A stretch of 64,000 nucleotides of DNA from Eledone cirrhosa (Eukaryota): NCBI GenBank assembly GCA_964016885.1, contig OZ024746.1, positions 73,842,001 through 73,906,000 on the forward strand, read 5' to 3'. The notes below the pieces were generated by a model. That model was given only the letters and a program-made list of their open reading frames with translations. It was not told the origin of the DNA and did no database searches. Shown piece after piece: positions 28,660-42,281 of the stretch; position 1 is the stretch's first letter; each line of letters begins with the position of its first letter. A program made the position numbers and the translations under genes.

Positions 28660-30985
28660 AATGCCACCAAAGTCTCAACAAAACGACAACTCACTGAATC
28701 AGGACATCTTAAATGAACTCAAAGAGATTTCCTCCAAACTTTCAATTTTGACCAACAAAGGGGACCAAATAGATATCTATAAAAAAGGACCCCATGAAGA
28801 AGCAGAAAATACCCAAGAGACGAATATTAATCCAGTATTAACTAAACTATTCGAAACCATTGAAACAGCAATGCTCCAAAAGCTGGGACAACCATTAGAA
28901 CCCAATCTACGAGATATCCACTCAGTGAAAAACACCCTAATCAAAATATGGACTCAAAAGCTCTCAGTCCGCAAATTCGCCTTTTGGAATCTCCTAAAAA
29001 ATAATGGCAAGGCAGATATATATGAAAAGTGGCTAAACTCTACCCCAATCATCCTCCCCCCAAAACTCCAAATAAAACCCATCCCGAATGAACCAGAAAA
29101 CCAACAAAAAAGTTTAAAATAGAAATAGAACTGTTGCGGTTAAGAGCCAACTCCAACGAAGAAAAATTCAAGTCACTCGACCAACAGATGGAAACAGAAA
29201 TCTCAAGGCACTCTGAAAAAACTTAAAACTTTGGAAAGAAAATTGTGAGGATGAAGAACTAACATCCCTCAAGCGATGGGGAAAAAATGCCACCTGGTTC
29301 AACAACTACGAAATGGATTTCAAAAATGAACAACATACAGGTAACCCATTTTTAAAACAAACTAAAAGTCACACACCACACTCACAACAAATAACAAAAA
29401 AAGTAACAAAACGTCCAACATACCCCCAGCAAAATTATGACGATAATCCCAGAATCCATAGACAAAACTATAACCCTACTAAAAAAAACCGAATGTCCCC
29501 CAACACAAGACAGGACCCGATCCGCAGATCACAATCCACACAAAACCTATTCCAAAACCGTAGACCCCAACCCACACAGAACCTGTTCTAAAATCGTAGA
29601 TCCCAACCCACACAAAGGAACAAAATTTACAACCCGGACCATCAACAAACCGAACCTCAATACGTCCAAAACTTCTATACAAGACCACACAACAACAGGG
29701 GAAATGCCATTAGATATAATAATACCCATGAAAAAACAATTCAGAAAAATCATTTTTTTAGAATAAGGCTACAGGACCCACGACACCCGGTGGCACAAAC
29801 CGATATTGAAAAACCGAAAATAATCAACCTTTCAAATACAAACTTCTCAGCCCAACAAATTAAAAGTCTCTCCAAAGGACTGAAATTCACACCAACACCA
29901 CCATACTCTAACCCCAATGAGATAAATGACGATATATCACACTTCTGTAGAAAATTACATCTCACAGAGGAATTTTTTGACAAGGAGAATAACGACCAAT
30001 CAATTGTACGGAATAAAAGCAGCTACAACCCAACAAAGGGTAGGAACAGACTTCTGGACAAATTTTGTGACCACATAGCAATTTTCCCATACTATGAACT
30101 ACCGCAACCTAAATCCAAAGCTAACACGAGTCGAAGGGAATGGGCGATTATCCATTAAAAAACAATACTGACATTGTAATTAAGGAAGCGAACAAGGGAA
30201 GTACTGTCGTCATTATGGATGCTGAACAATATAAAAATTCTATGTTCTCTCTCTAGACACTAACTACTATGAAAGAGTAAAAAACTACCAACAATCAAAA
30301 ACGATGACCAGATTAAATACATTCATTTGTCTATACCAGGAAGACTTAACTAAAAAGGAACGCGATTATTTAACACATTTTGAATACAAAACCAGCAACC
30401 TTTACGGACTTCCGAAGATCCATAAGTGTAAAATAATTAACGATGCCAGTAAACAATCCACCTCAACCTGCGTGAACACACAATACCCCACTGACCTTAA
30501 ATTAAGACCAATTGTAGCGGGCCCACAATGTGAAACACACAGACTAAGCAACTTTATAGACATACTGCTAAAACTAATTCTCAAACACATACCAAGCATT
30601 GTAAGAGACGATTTGGACCTCTTAAACCACCTCCTCAAACATGTCAACAATGGCTAGAGAAATATCCCAATGAGATACCTGATAGAATAGAAAAAAAGCT
30701 TCATCACCGAGGGATTAAAATATATTTTACAGAACGACCTTTTTGATTTCGATGGCAGTACTTACAATCAAATATCGGGGACTGCGATTAGTCATGGCAT
30801 ACTTGGAAGTCCAGATATATGAACACTCCAAATCAAAATACGGATTGAACTTCCACAAATATTTATCAGAGAATTGGAAAAGCTACTTGGATGAGTGTCT
30901 TATTCGTTGGTCTCACACACTCGAACAACTAAATGATTTCAACAATTTAATTAACGGCATCAATAACCACATCCAATTCACAATG
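28660..30985 (+). pseudogene. Penelope-like RT ORF, frameshifted; GIY-YIG not present
   Basis: IINLS...LSKGLKFTPTP, IVIKEANKGSTVVIMD, LYGLPKIHK, LRPIVAGPQCETHRLSNFIDILLK, YNQISGTA, WKSYLDE (decayed YLDD), NGINNHIQFTM. The DVxSLYTNI motif is missing near 30650. Confidence 0.9.
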
Positions 30986-31209
30986 GTTGCAAATTTTGTT
31001 CCTTTGTGTGGGTTGGGATCTACCATTTTGGAACAGGTTCTGTGTGGATTAGGGTCTACGGTTTTGGAATAGGTTTTGTGTGGGTTGTGATCTGCGGATC
31101 GGGTCCTGTCTTGTGTGGGGGGACATTCGTTTTTTTAATTAGGGTTATAGTTTTGTCTATGGGTTCTGGGATTATCGTCATAGCTTTGCTGGGGGTATGT
31201 TGGACGTTT
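30985..31209 (-). repeat. Inverted duplicate of PLE segment 29409-29633
   Basis: The peptide NFVPLCGLGSTILEQVLCGLGSTVLE appears in ORFs 29547..29753(-) and 30743..31072(+). Confidence 0.9.
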
Positions 31210-31989
31210 AAATAAAAATATATATCTCTACTTTCTTTATTTCAATAGAAAGTCTGAATTTTGACACCCCCAGCACATCAGCAATACTCACTGAACCAGA
31301 ACAATTCTCCTCATCCCTTTTTTCTTGACCATTATCTTTTGTTTGGCACAAAATTCTCTAAATGGCTACAAAAATATTCCAAAATACGGGCGCGAAATTT
31401 AATGTACTTGTTCACGTGACAGTCATAATTTTATTTATAACCAATCAAATTACATTTATAAAAAAAACGTTCTTGAGCCACTTTTTTAAAAGTAAAAAGA
31501 AATTCAAACACAAACTGTCGCGAAAGTTGATGTGCTTATTCACGTGACTGCATCGACCAACCAAATTTCACTCATATATGAAAAAACAATCTGAGCCCCC
31601 CCCCCCCTTTTAAAGGCAAATATAATAAGAACTTTGTAACGCGAACTGGGGCGAAATTTATTATACTTATTCACATGACAGTCATCAACCAGCCAAATTA
31701 CTTTTCTAAAAACCTAGCATTTCGAGCTACTTTTTTCCATATAAAACAGAAGTAACATTCAAACACTAACCAGATGCGAGAAAAACCACAAACCCTCCAT
31801 CTCAATTCTACTTTTCAAAAGCACAAGAACTGCGAAACCGGTAAAGGAACCAAATAAATATTTATAAAAAGACTCCAGTTGCATTTTCGATTTTATCTTT
31901 TTACCTTATACTTTCACTCGTGTATGACATCTGGTTTTTTTTTTTCATTTTGTAAAAAAACCTCACTTTCTAATATATATATATATATA

Positions 31990-32301
31990 AAAACTCCCTC
32001 CGCCTCCGTGGTATTTCTTTCAGGGTTATAAGAGGCTTATCTCTGTTTCTTGACCGCTGTATCACGTGATTGACTCCCCCTCCGACTTTCTGGATTCTAT
32101 CTCGCATCTTACAGACGTGTTTTGAAACCCTTAATGAGGTATCCTCTTGATAAGTCGGCAGACCTCACAAAAACTCTATATCTCTGTGATGTATTGTTTT
32201 TGATTATGCCACGAAACTACGTAGTCGAGGAATCTAGAAGCAGTTTAGGTATGATACATCTTATTACTAATTATATCTAATGTTTCTTCTCTCTTCATAA
32301 T

Positions 32302-32305
<4 letters not shown>
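31990..32305 (+). mobile_element. PLE-like terminus with a degenerate hammerhead (32142-32231)
   Basis: tcctc TTGATAA gtcggca...tgccac GAAAC tacgta GTC gagga; between TA tracts. Confidence 0.7.
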
Positions 32306-32383
<78 letters not shown>

Positions 32384-32386
<3 letters not shown>

Positions 32387-32735
32387 TTCTATATATATAT
32401 ATATACACGTTAAAGGTGTGACAAATTGAAAACTGTGGTTAAGTGAAGAATACCATAGAAGCCACTACAACAACGAAATTGCGAATATGCATATAAATCT
32501 ATCAAATACGTGATTCCTTGTGGTTGTTTGGATGATAGACATACCTTCTGAGGAGAGCCCAACTAGGCCCAAAAATCTATTAAAGATGTTTACCATTTTT
32601 CACTTCGTTTTTTCTGGCATGTTTACATGCCTACATATTGAAAACGTGTATACTTGTATATACATTCGAGCAGTGTTAGTTACCCACACTGCATGTATAA
32701 TGATATAATTTTATCGTATATTTCGGCTGCTAACT
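32384..32735 (+). repeat. Interspersed repeat, possibly a Helitron-like 5' part; second copy at 50095-50352
   Basis: Shared atcaaatac.tgattccttgtggttgtttggatg...gattaaagatgttta; starts A/TC after (TA)n; no CTAG end seen. Confidence 0.5.
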
Positions 32736-32934
32736 CTCTTCTCAGGTAATATTATATAAGTATTATGTTACTTAAATTACTCTCTATTGTTACTTTTTGT
32801 TTCGCGTTTACATACCTTCCCGCACTCTTTAGAGTTTTCAAACGTGCCGAGAGCCTGTAATTTGCTTACATAACTTCCCATGCCTTACCGAGTGCAGCTG
32901 ACACAAATGTGTGTGTACCGATATAACTTTATAT

Positions 32935-32994
<60 letters not shown>

Positions 32995-33585
32995 ATGTAT
33001 ATATATAGTGTCTGTATAAGCCAAAATACCGACTGTGTATGGTATTGAACTGTAATAACAATTCTTTTTTTGAAATCTATTACAGGTTTGTGTACATTAT
33101 GTATTTAACCTGTTCATTTACTTTTTGAAGTCCCTTCAACTATTTGTTTTGAGTCTGTATTAGGTTATCAGATTAACTAACAATAATATTCTGATATTAA
33201 CTGAGCTTGTCATATATCAGTGTCAGTCCATCTCCCATTTAATGAAATTTATTAAATTGATGATAACATAGTTGTTCTTATTCACAAATCCCCGTTTTAG
33301 AAAACTGGTATGTGTAATTATGTATATTGTCATTTTCCCCGTGTCAGTACTAATGGAACAACCAACGATCTGTGACGAGTGTAAAACATATATGTCTATT
33401 CAACAAGCAGTGGGAAATCCAGTACTACCTATGCGGACTACCCAGATATCTAAGGACCACAGACTAGGAATTGCAGTGGTAGAGCATCGGTCTATATATC
33501 TAGCGTTATTAGTTTTGGTCCTTTACTCTTGGAGTTCATATTAAAGCAATGTCAGCTTTGTCTTCCATCCATCCGAGATCGATAA

Positions 33586-33775
33586 AATAATTGTTTCTAC
33601 TTTAGGCACAAGGGCAGCAATTACCTAGTACATTACTGGTACTTTATTTTATCGACCCCGTAAGGATGGAAGGCGATGTTAACCTCGGCGGGATTTGAAC
33701 TCAGAATGGCAAGGGCCGTAACTCCATGCGTCAAAGCATGGCGTCCGACCCTCTACCGATACTGCCAATCCACCG
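33586..33775 (-). mobile_element. Full SINE inserted into an older, oppositely oriented SINE (~33470-33590)
   Basis: Consensus match with TSD aaaataat; upstream is the degenerate core gctttgtcttccatccatccgagatcgataaaata. Confidence 0.8.
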
Positions 33776-36700
33776 AAAATAATGTACCAGCCTAGGGCGG
33801 GGTTAGCACGATTGTTAGAACATTGGACAAGATGCCACTCTGGATCAAACATTCTTATAGCACCAAAAGAGATGCTATTTCTATCAGGTTGTGCAGGGTA
33901 TAGAGGCTTCTTCATTGCTCTATTTACGACAAGATTGTTGAAATTAAAGAAAGGTGAAATAAAAAACATATTTTCAAAGAAAAGAATGGAGATATTTACG
34001 AAAAATGTGTAACGTTTATCTGTTTCGTGAAGTGATCCACATCTAATTCTAATTCTTGACTTCCTTTTGTTTTATAAACTTCAGAATAAGACTGTTACAG
34101 TGATCTTAGCATTTGAGAGTAACGACAAGAATTCGTGTGGCTTACGGTTTTTGTGTCAACTGTGTATTCTTTGTATTACATATATCAAAATAATACAATG
34201 AGAATATTGGATTATAAGAAAAAGATCGCACCATCTTCAGTTAAACTTCTAAGTCGGAACTCTTCAAAAGATTAATTATCTTTTGATGAATTCCAACTTA
34301 CTAAAGATTATTCGCCATTAAACTAAAATTCTGTGCATATGTTCATTTTGCAATTGTTAAGCTGCTTATATATTATAAGGAAACAAAAAGAAACATTTAC
34401 TGAAATTAACTAACCTTACAATTTATCACATGCGCATGAGCTAGTGATATGATCTTTTTTTAATGACTTTTTGCTATCACGTATTAAATACACATAGCAT
34501 AAATTAAATAATTTAGTTTAGTGTTTACCGTGTGCATCTCGTTGACATTTCCTTTTTTTAAGAATTTAAAAAAACAACCATATCTTTACATCCACCCATC
34601 ATCTTTCTTCGCACCAGAGAACATGAAATACAACCAGCATACTAAACAACATAAATATATGACATAATTAGAAGAAAAGCATACTAGGAGTTACAGCATT
34701 CACATTACAAACATACTTAAAGAATATTCAAGTTATAGTATTTGGATAATAGAAAGAAACAACAAAGCACAATACACTGCAATGAACAAATGACAGTACA
34801 TATATTGTGCTTATATTTCATCCTCGGACCACATACAGAACTTAATAAGAATACCATCTAGATATGAAACGGCACAGTTTGTTACAACAGCAAACTCCAT
34901 TACTCACAGTCCCTGCAATTCTATGTAAAAATCAATGAAAATCCACGCACATATACAACAGCTTCTAATACTACTAAAATAGCATACTAAAATCACTGTC
35001 TCCCCACATTCGGCTCAAACAACAGATCTGTGCGAAGCATCTAGTGATTTTCCGACTTCATACGTACCATAGGTCGGCTTGATATTTAATCGGCAATCGT
35101 AGTGGGACCTAATAAACAGCATGGTTATTATTTTTTCTATTCATAGCTGATCATATGACACCTGATTCAGTTGACTTGAGAGAGAGCAACATCAACAACA
35201 AAATAGCTTTAACACCCAGGAAGGAAGAAATGCCGTCGTTTTAGCTTTTCAACTTTTCAATGTTAAAATGAACAATATCAGGCATAAACTACTATAAGCC
35301 CCAGAGTAAACAGCATATAATGTTGTAGCAGCAGCGCATTAGAAAACCTGGTCCCGAAACATTTTGTCATATTATCATTGCTGAACAAATGATTGCCAAT
35401 CTGTTTTAACCCTGGGATTGAAGTCCTTCATTAAAATTGTCTGATTTAGGGATTTTCTGAAGTCTAGTTTTCAACATGGCATAGAATGAAGTTTTGTCTC
35501 AGCCAGAACTGGTTAGAGTAGAAGAATAGACACTTATTATAGAGGCAAATTGTTTATCTTCCAAATGCAGACCTAGTTATCAATCTGACGGTTATAAGGT
35601 TACGAAGAAGCTCGGATTGCAAAGAAAAAACTAGCTTCTCTGTATTCTTTGCCCGATTTCCCATTCAGAAAAATATGTAACCCACCCCAAACTCTTCTAA
35701 CTGATCATCATCTATCAGTGTTGGTGCGACATTCGGGTTAATTGTTGGGGTGCAGGTTGATGTTGTCTCAAATGGACTTGAACACTAGACGCCATGTTTC
35801 TCTTAATGCTGAAAACAATGTGTCAATGGAAAGAGTAATGTAGCACTATCAATAAGGGACACTATTTAAAATGTCATGTAAAGTTGCCTTCGTGTTTCGG
35901 CCTCCAAATATGTGTTAGTACAATAAATTAGAAATAAATTATTTGCCTTCTTTTGTTCAAAGTGGATTGAATTACTTGAAATACCGTCTTTTTATAGCTT
36001 TTGTTGTTTTGACTGGACATAAATTTGTTTTTTTGTTGATCCTTTGAATAAAGGCATTTTATTGCTATCACCATGTTACAAGTGGTTGTTGTTATAGCTA
36101 TTGTTGCTATAATTGATTGCTTTTGCTATAACTGTAGTTTTATCATAGCTATTGTTGTTGCGTTCACAAATGTTTGTTTCAATAAAATTCTATAATAGGA
36201 AATAACACAAAGACGTTCAAGCAGTGATCACCCAGTAAGTATACCATTTAATATATATCCAGAACATATAATTTACTATCAAATTAAAATTGTTTAGAAA
36301 TTATTATGGAAAATAGTTTATAAGTTACATAAAAATAGTTCCTTTTTGTTTTATATTTTATAAAAAAAAATGTTCTTTATTATTACATCGAATGTATGAG
36401 GTTCCTTGGTAGGATGGCCTCGTCTGGAATAATTTTGTATTATTTTTTATCATAGAACTCATTGCATATAGACGCCCACGAACTTGTAGGTTATAAACAC
36501 AAGATATGAACAACTAAGATATCTAGCATTGTATAAACAGAAATTAGAAATAATTCGTCGTTTAACCGTTTCTGATTCATTTTCTTTTTTATTTTACAGG
36601 CGGTGAATTAGTAAGATAGGTCACAAACAAAAGTTTTACATGTAACATCAATATTCCAAACGTTATTTTATCATAACATTCACAGTAGAACTGCAATTTT

Positions 36701-36834
36701 TCAAGAGATTTCAAGTTTTCTATTATCTATCGATACACGAAGATTGTTTAAGGAACATAAAAGTAATCTCATACTCTAATACATTCCCATTTCTTCTCTC
36801 ATCTCATTATTTTCTCTGTGATTCAATACAGTGA

Positions 36835-36867
<33 letters not shown>

Positions 36868-36868
<1 letters not shown>

Positions 36869-37096
36869 ACGAAGGAAATGTGGTAAGGAACCAGGTGGAC
36901 CATAACGCACCAAAGTACTCAATACGTAGAGTGGGTAATAGGAACGAGTAGGACCCCGACGGCTGAGCTCAAGCCGTTTCGACGGCTAGTTCTGGACTAA
37001 ATGAAAAACAATCAAAAAATCATTTTTTTTCATTTAGTCCAGAACTAGCCGTCGAAACGGCTTGAGCTCAGCCGTCGGGGTCCTACTCGTTCCTAT
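36868..37096. mobile_element. Asymmetric palindromic PLE-like terminus (ggcttgagctcagcc family)
   Basis: Arms ~36938-37008 and ~37026-37096 plus a left tail; GAAAC ggcttgagctcagcc GTC ggggt; flanked by (TA)n. Confidence 0.8.
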
Positions 37097-37338
37097 ATAT
37101 ATATATATATATATATATATACTTCATATATGTACGAAAATAATTTCTCTAGGTAATTGATGGGTTTTTGCAATTATCAGAAGTCAATTTGATTTCAGAC
37201 TTGCCATATATACAAGTAAATAAAAACAGGGGCATATTTCACCCACTTCCTTAGATTGAGCTTGTATAATATAAACACAAGGGTACAGGACACTATTACA
37301 ACGAAGAGAACAAACATGAAGCTAAATAATATATTAAT

Positions 37339-37436
37339 TTCTACATGAGTTTCTTCAAGAAAATTCACTCGATAAAATGTATATTATTCTGCATGTTATC
37401 AAGCGAGTTTTCTTGCAGAAACATATGTAGGAATAA
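37339..37436. repeat. Old imperfect palindrome with a hammerhead 3' half
   Basis: ttctacatgagtttcttcaagaaaattcactcgataa / ttatcaagcgagttttcttgcagaaacatatgtagga; GAAAC atat GTA gg AATAAA. Confidence 0.55.
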
Positions 37437-37472
37437 ATAAATCATGTAACCTCATCCGTTGCTTCTGTCGTT

Positions 37473-37507
<35 letters not shown>

Positions 37508-37885
37508 ATTCTATTCCTTTTCTGGTGGTTCAGTTACTAGACTTTGGCGATGCTTGGGCGTAGTGTTCATGAGATTTAGTTGATAATATTGACACCAGAA
37601 CATGTGCTTTGTTTCATGTCTCGTGTTTATTTCACCATCTGTCGCTATTTGTCCAACTTACAGAATATAAAAAATAGAGAATGGACCTTGATAAACAGAA
37701 ACATCACACTTGTCAGGCCACTTATCTAAAACTTGTATTGTATTAGCAACGTAACCTGATGATGTCGCTTTGGTGCTTGCGTGATCACAGCATTACGTAA
37801 GCATGAACGCCATAAATGTATCACGGCTGATTATGAATAAAAGAATTAGGAATTTCTACATTTGACATTTGTAATAATCATTATT

Positions 37886-38075
37886 GTAGGATTGGCAATA
37901 TCAGTAGAGGGTCGGACGCCATGCTTTGCAGCATAGAGTTACATCCCTTTACGGTATGAGTTCAAATCCTGCCGCGGTTAACTTTGCCTTTCAACCTTAA
38001 GGGGTCGATAAAATAAAGTACCAATAATGCACTGGAATAACTGCTGGCCTTGTGCCAAAAATAGAAATAATTATT
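37886..38075 (+). mobile_element. SINE
   Basis: Consensus match. Confidence 0.85.
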
Positions 38076-38076
38076 G

Positions 38077-38141
<65 letters not shown>

Positions 38142-38694
38142 CACGAACAATTACAAAATTGTTAGAAAGGCGCGTATATGGAAAAAGCACATTGGATCGG
38201 TTTCAAGAAATTCTAGATTAATCTATATGCTTTACTGTATATCTTAGTGTGAAAATCTGTTTATCGGAGCTTATATGAAATCTTGTTGGATTAGCGTTTA
38301 AATATTGAGAGTTAACTATGAGTGAGCACAGCATTTAAATCAATTTAATGCTAAAGACATTGAATGCTATCTGATTCTGATATGAATGCAACTATAGATA
38401 TATGGCTCGCATCGTGTAAAGATAACTAGGTCACCATATCGTTATCGATAAGACGATTGCACTAATAATCATAATATTTAAAATGTCTACTTTTATTCAA
38501 TTCAGTTTTATTACCATTGTGTTACAGAGCTACAACAATAGCTGACGCACAAAGAACGTTCTCTTTATATTCAAAACTAAATATATAAGTGTTCTGTAAG
38601 TACAACTCACACATAAATGTGTATGTGTGTGTTGCTTTGTATCGTCCTCCCTTTTTCTTCCCCTCTCTTTCTCTCTGTATCTCTATAAAAATGT

Positions 38695-39368
<674 letters not shown>

Positions 39369-39944
39369 TACATATGCACATATATATTGTATCTTTGCCC
39401 AAATCAATTATTCCATCACGCATGCACAACACATATATTTCAGATACATTTAACATAGATATAACTATTCTTTTGAATTAGAATTCTTCGCCTTCGAAAG
39501 AAAAGAAGAAAAAGACGTGTAACCATTCTCAACCATTCCTCCGTAAACAGATATATACATAAAAGATATTCTTTATGCGTATTTCAGAGATTTTCGTCTC
39601 CTTATAAGAAGATAACTACTCGTATGATTCTTCGTATTTATATCACACAGGATGTAGTTACAGTTGAAAATAGATGCCTAATCTGTAGGTCGTGCATACG
39701 TTTGGTGACGTAATTAATTAAATAATAAATATCTCTGCTACAACAGAGCCTATATTTGAAGAAAAATTTAATGTAGATATAACAACTGTTTTTTTTTCCA
39801 ATTAGATTTGCTGTGAAAACAACGAAGTATTCCTCCGTACTCGTGATAGATTTGTGTCGCCTCATCAGAGGGTAACTACCACTATGAATATGTGGACTAA
39901 GAGATATTACTATAGCAAAGCTATATATATTATTTGTATATAAA

Positions 39945-40062
39945 TGAGTTCAAATCCCGCCGAGGTTTACTTTGCCTTTCATCCTTACGGGGTCGATAAA
40001 ATAAAGTACCAGTAATGCACTGGGTATTTGCTGGCCTTGTGCCTAAAGTAGAAACAATTATT
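39945..40062 (+). mobile_element. 5'-truncated SINE with TSD ttatttgtatataaatga
   Basis: Consensus match; the duplication flanks both ends. Confidence 0.85.
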
Positions 40063-40349
40063 TGTATATAAATGATTATATATTTAGTTGCATGTGTGTT
40101 CACCTTATTAAAAAAAAATATTTTAGCTATCATAACTATGGCCGAACTAGAGCACCATATTTTAAAAGGTTTCCTTGAAAGAATTTCTCATACGCCGAGT
40201 AGGACAAGTAGAGGTTAAATATATCTATATATTATGTATAATATCATAAATAGCACCACCACTATAGACATCACGAACATCCCAAATAACACTACAATCA
40301 TCATCTCAATAGTAAGATATCATTACAATTACAATCACTATCATGTCCA

Positions 40350-40650
40350 TCATATACACAACCACCACCAATACCACCACAAACACAACCACCACCACCA
40401 CCACCACCACCACCACCACCACCAATACCACCACCAATACCATCACCACCACCAATACCACCACAAACACAACCACAACCACCATCACCACCACCACCAC
40501 CAATACCACCACCAATACTATCACCACCACCAATACCACCACAAACACAACCACAACCACCACCACCACCACCACCACCACCACCGCCACCAATACCATC
40601 ACCAATACCATCACCACCAATACCACAACCACCACCAACACCATCACCAA
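40350..40650. repeat. (CAC/CAA)n degenerate trinucleotide repeat
   Basis: Seen directly; it produces the poly-H, poly-T and poly-V ORFs. Confidence 0.9.
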
Positions 40651-40659
40651 ATCCACCCC

Positions 40660-40812
40660 ATTACGTTACTGGTATTTTATTTCATAGACCCCCGTAAGGA
40701 TGAAAGGCAAAGCTAACCTCGGCGAGATTTGAACTCAGAACGTAACTCTATGCCGTAATCTATAGAGTAAAGTATGTTGTCCGACGCTCTAACACACTGA
40801 CAATCCGCCTCC
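40660..40812 (-). mobile_element. Older SINE copy
   Basis: Core cccgtaaggatgaaaggcaaagctaacctcggcgagatttgaactc. Confidence 0.8.
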
Positions 40813-41436
40813 CTAAAGATAGCAATAATAATATATAGCAGAAACAGTTGCAACCACATCAATCACATGGGAGACAAAAAGTAGCAAGTATAAAACCACA
40901 GGAAAAAAAAAAAAAAAAATAAGGGGACAGAATATGGCTATAAAATTATCTGATAAATTTCTATTCCCTATTTTCAATATAAAGATAACAAGCTAGATAA
41001 CATGGTGGACCTACGCTGAAATAGATGATGGAAGATACGCTGATATGCTGTATGACTGCAACAGTGGGTTGTACTAGAACTTTTGATACCTCCTGTATGG
41101 CAGCAGATAAATGCTGGCTATGTTGCTGTAGAAAAAAAATCCCCCCAAAACATTACTTACAAAAAAAAAAAATAAATAAATAAAATAAAATAAAACAAAA
41201 ACAAACACACTAAATAACAAACGTCGCTCGTATATACACTGACTATGGAAAGAGGCTGATGTTAAAATACGTATGCAGTGTATATATGTAAATGCAAGTA
41301 TATACATACATACATATATACATACACATATACATGCATATATATTGCATACGTACATACATACACACATACACGCTCACACAAATATATATATATATAC
41401 ATACATATATACATACATACATATATACATACATAT

Positions 41437-41574
41437 ATCCCGTTAAGGGTGAAAACAGCGATTCTTTGCTTAAACTTTAATCTGTTATTTTAATAAATAT
41501 TTGCTCTACGGTTCTTATATAGTTGATATATATTTATCCTTATCCTAGATTTTAGTCTTCAAATTTATTATTAT

Positions 41575-41579
<5 letters not shown>
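41437..41579 (+). mobile_element. PLE-like terminus of the 19707 family; inverted fragment at 42036-42089
   Basis: atcccgttaagggtgaaaacagcgattctttgcttaaac...ttattattact matches 19788-19935. Confidence 0.8.
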
Positions 41580-41620
<41 letters not shown>

Positions 41621-41622
<2 letters not shown>

Positions 41623-42025
41623 AGGAAGTGTAATTTGGAGTTACTGCAGGTTCACCCGGGTGACCACTCGATGTTTAGGTTCACTTCTGTGTTGAGGTGT
41701 AGAGCTATACAGAGTGTAATATATTGAAAGGATAACAAGGACGATTGGTTACTCCTTCATTACATTTATTGGTAGGTGACGCGCGTTTCGACACTGATCA
41801 GCTCAAGGTTCGATCTGTATCGATCTTACCCGACTCTATAATCGGCAGCTCGACGGACCCTTTAACATGCTGCTAGCATTTTAAAGGGTCCCTAGAGCTG
41901 CCAATTATTGAGTCGGGCAAGATCGATACAGATCGAACCTTGAACTGATAAGTGGCGAAACGCGCGTCACCTACCAATAAATGTAATGAAGGAGTAACCA
42001 ATCGTCCTTGTTATCCTTTCAATAT
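41621..42025. mobile_element. Asymmetric palindromic PLE-like terminus (GAAACGCGCGTC family)
   Basis: Arms 41720-41865 and 41881-42025, left tail 41621-41720. The minus strand reads gggt CCGTCGA g...GAAAC gcgc GTC acct..AATAAA. Confidence 0.8.
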
Positions 42026-42231
42026 ATATATATATATTAAAATAACAGATTAAAGTATAAGCAAAGAATCGCTGCTTTCACCCTTAACTCGTGACTAGAC
42101 TAGCAGACACTTGCACTAGATGCTGCGTTGTGTGACCAAACCGAGAGGAACGGGGTTGCAAACGAATCACACACCGAAAAACCTGCGTCTCTTCCGCTCT
42201 CTGTACACACACACACACACATACACACACA

Positions 42232-42270
<39 letters not shown>

Positions 42271-42281
42271 ACACATATATA

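Larger units (their letters stand above)
28533..31973 (+). mobile_element. Decayed Penelope-like retroelement with direct pseudo-LTR pieces (28533-28634 and 31778-31973)
   Basis: gactccagttgcattttcgattt...cctcactttctaat occurs at both ends, and both ends abut (TA)n. RT-coding frames lie between them. Confidence 0.85.

Noticed and set aside
28660-30985. Selenocysteine read-through in the PLE ORF
   Set aside because: The interruptions checked are TAG/TAA stops and frameshifts, not in-frame TGA; no SECIS was recognised.
35300-35950. Tc1-like transposase fossil on the minus strand
   Set aside because: Only vague motif echoes (W..IFSE, QxDN); not enough to call without a profile search.
40234-40716. 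His-rich protein
   Set aside because: Trinucleotide repeat running into a SINE.
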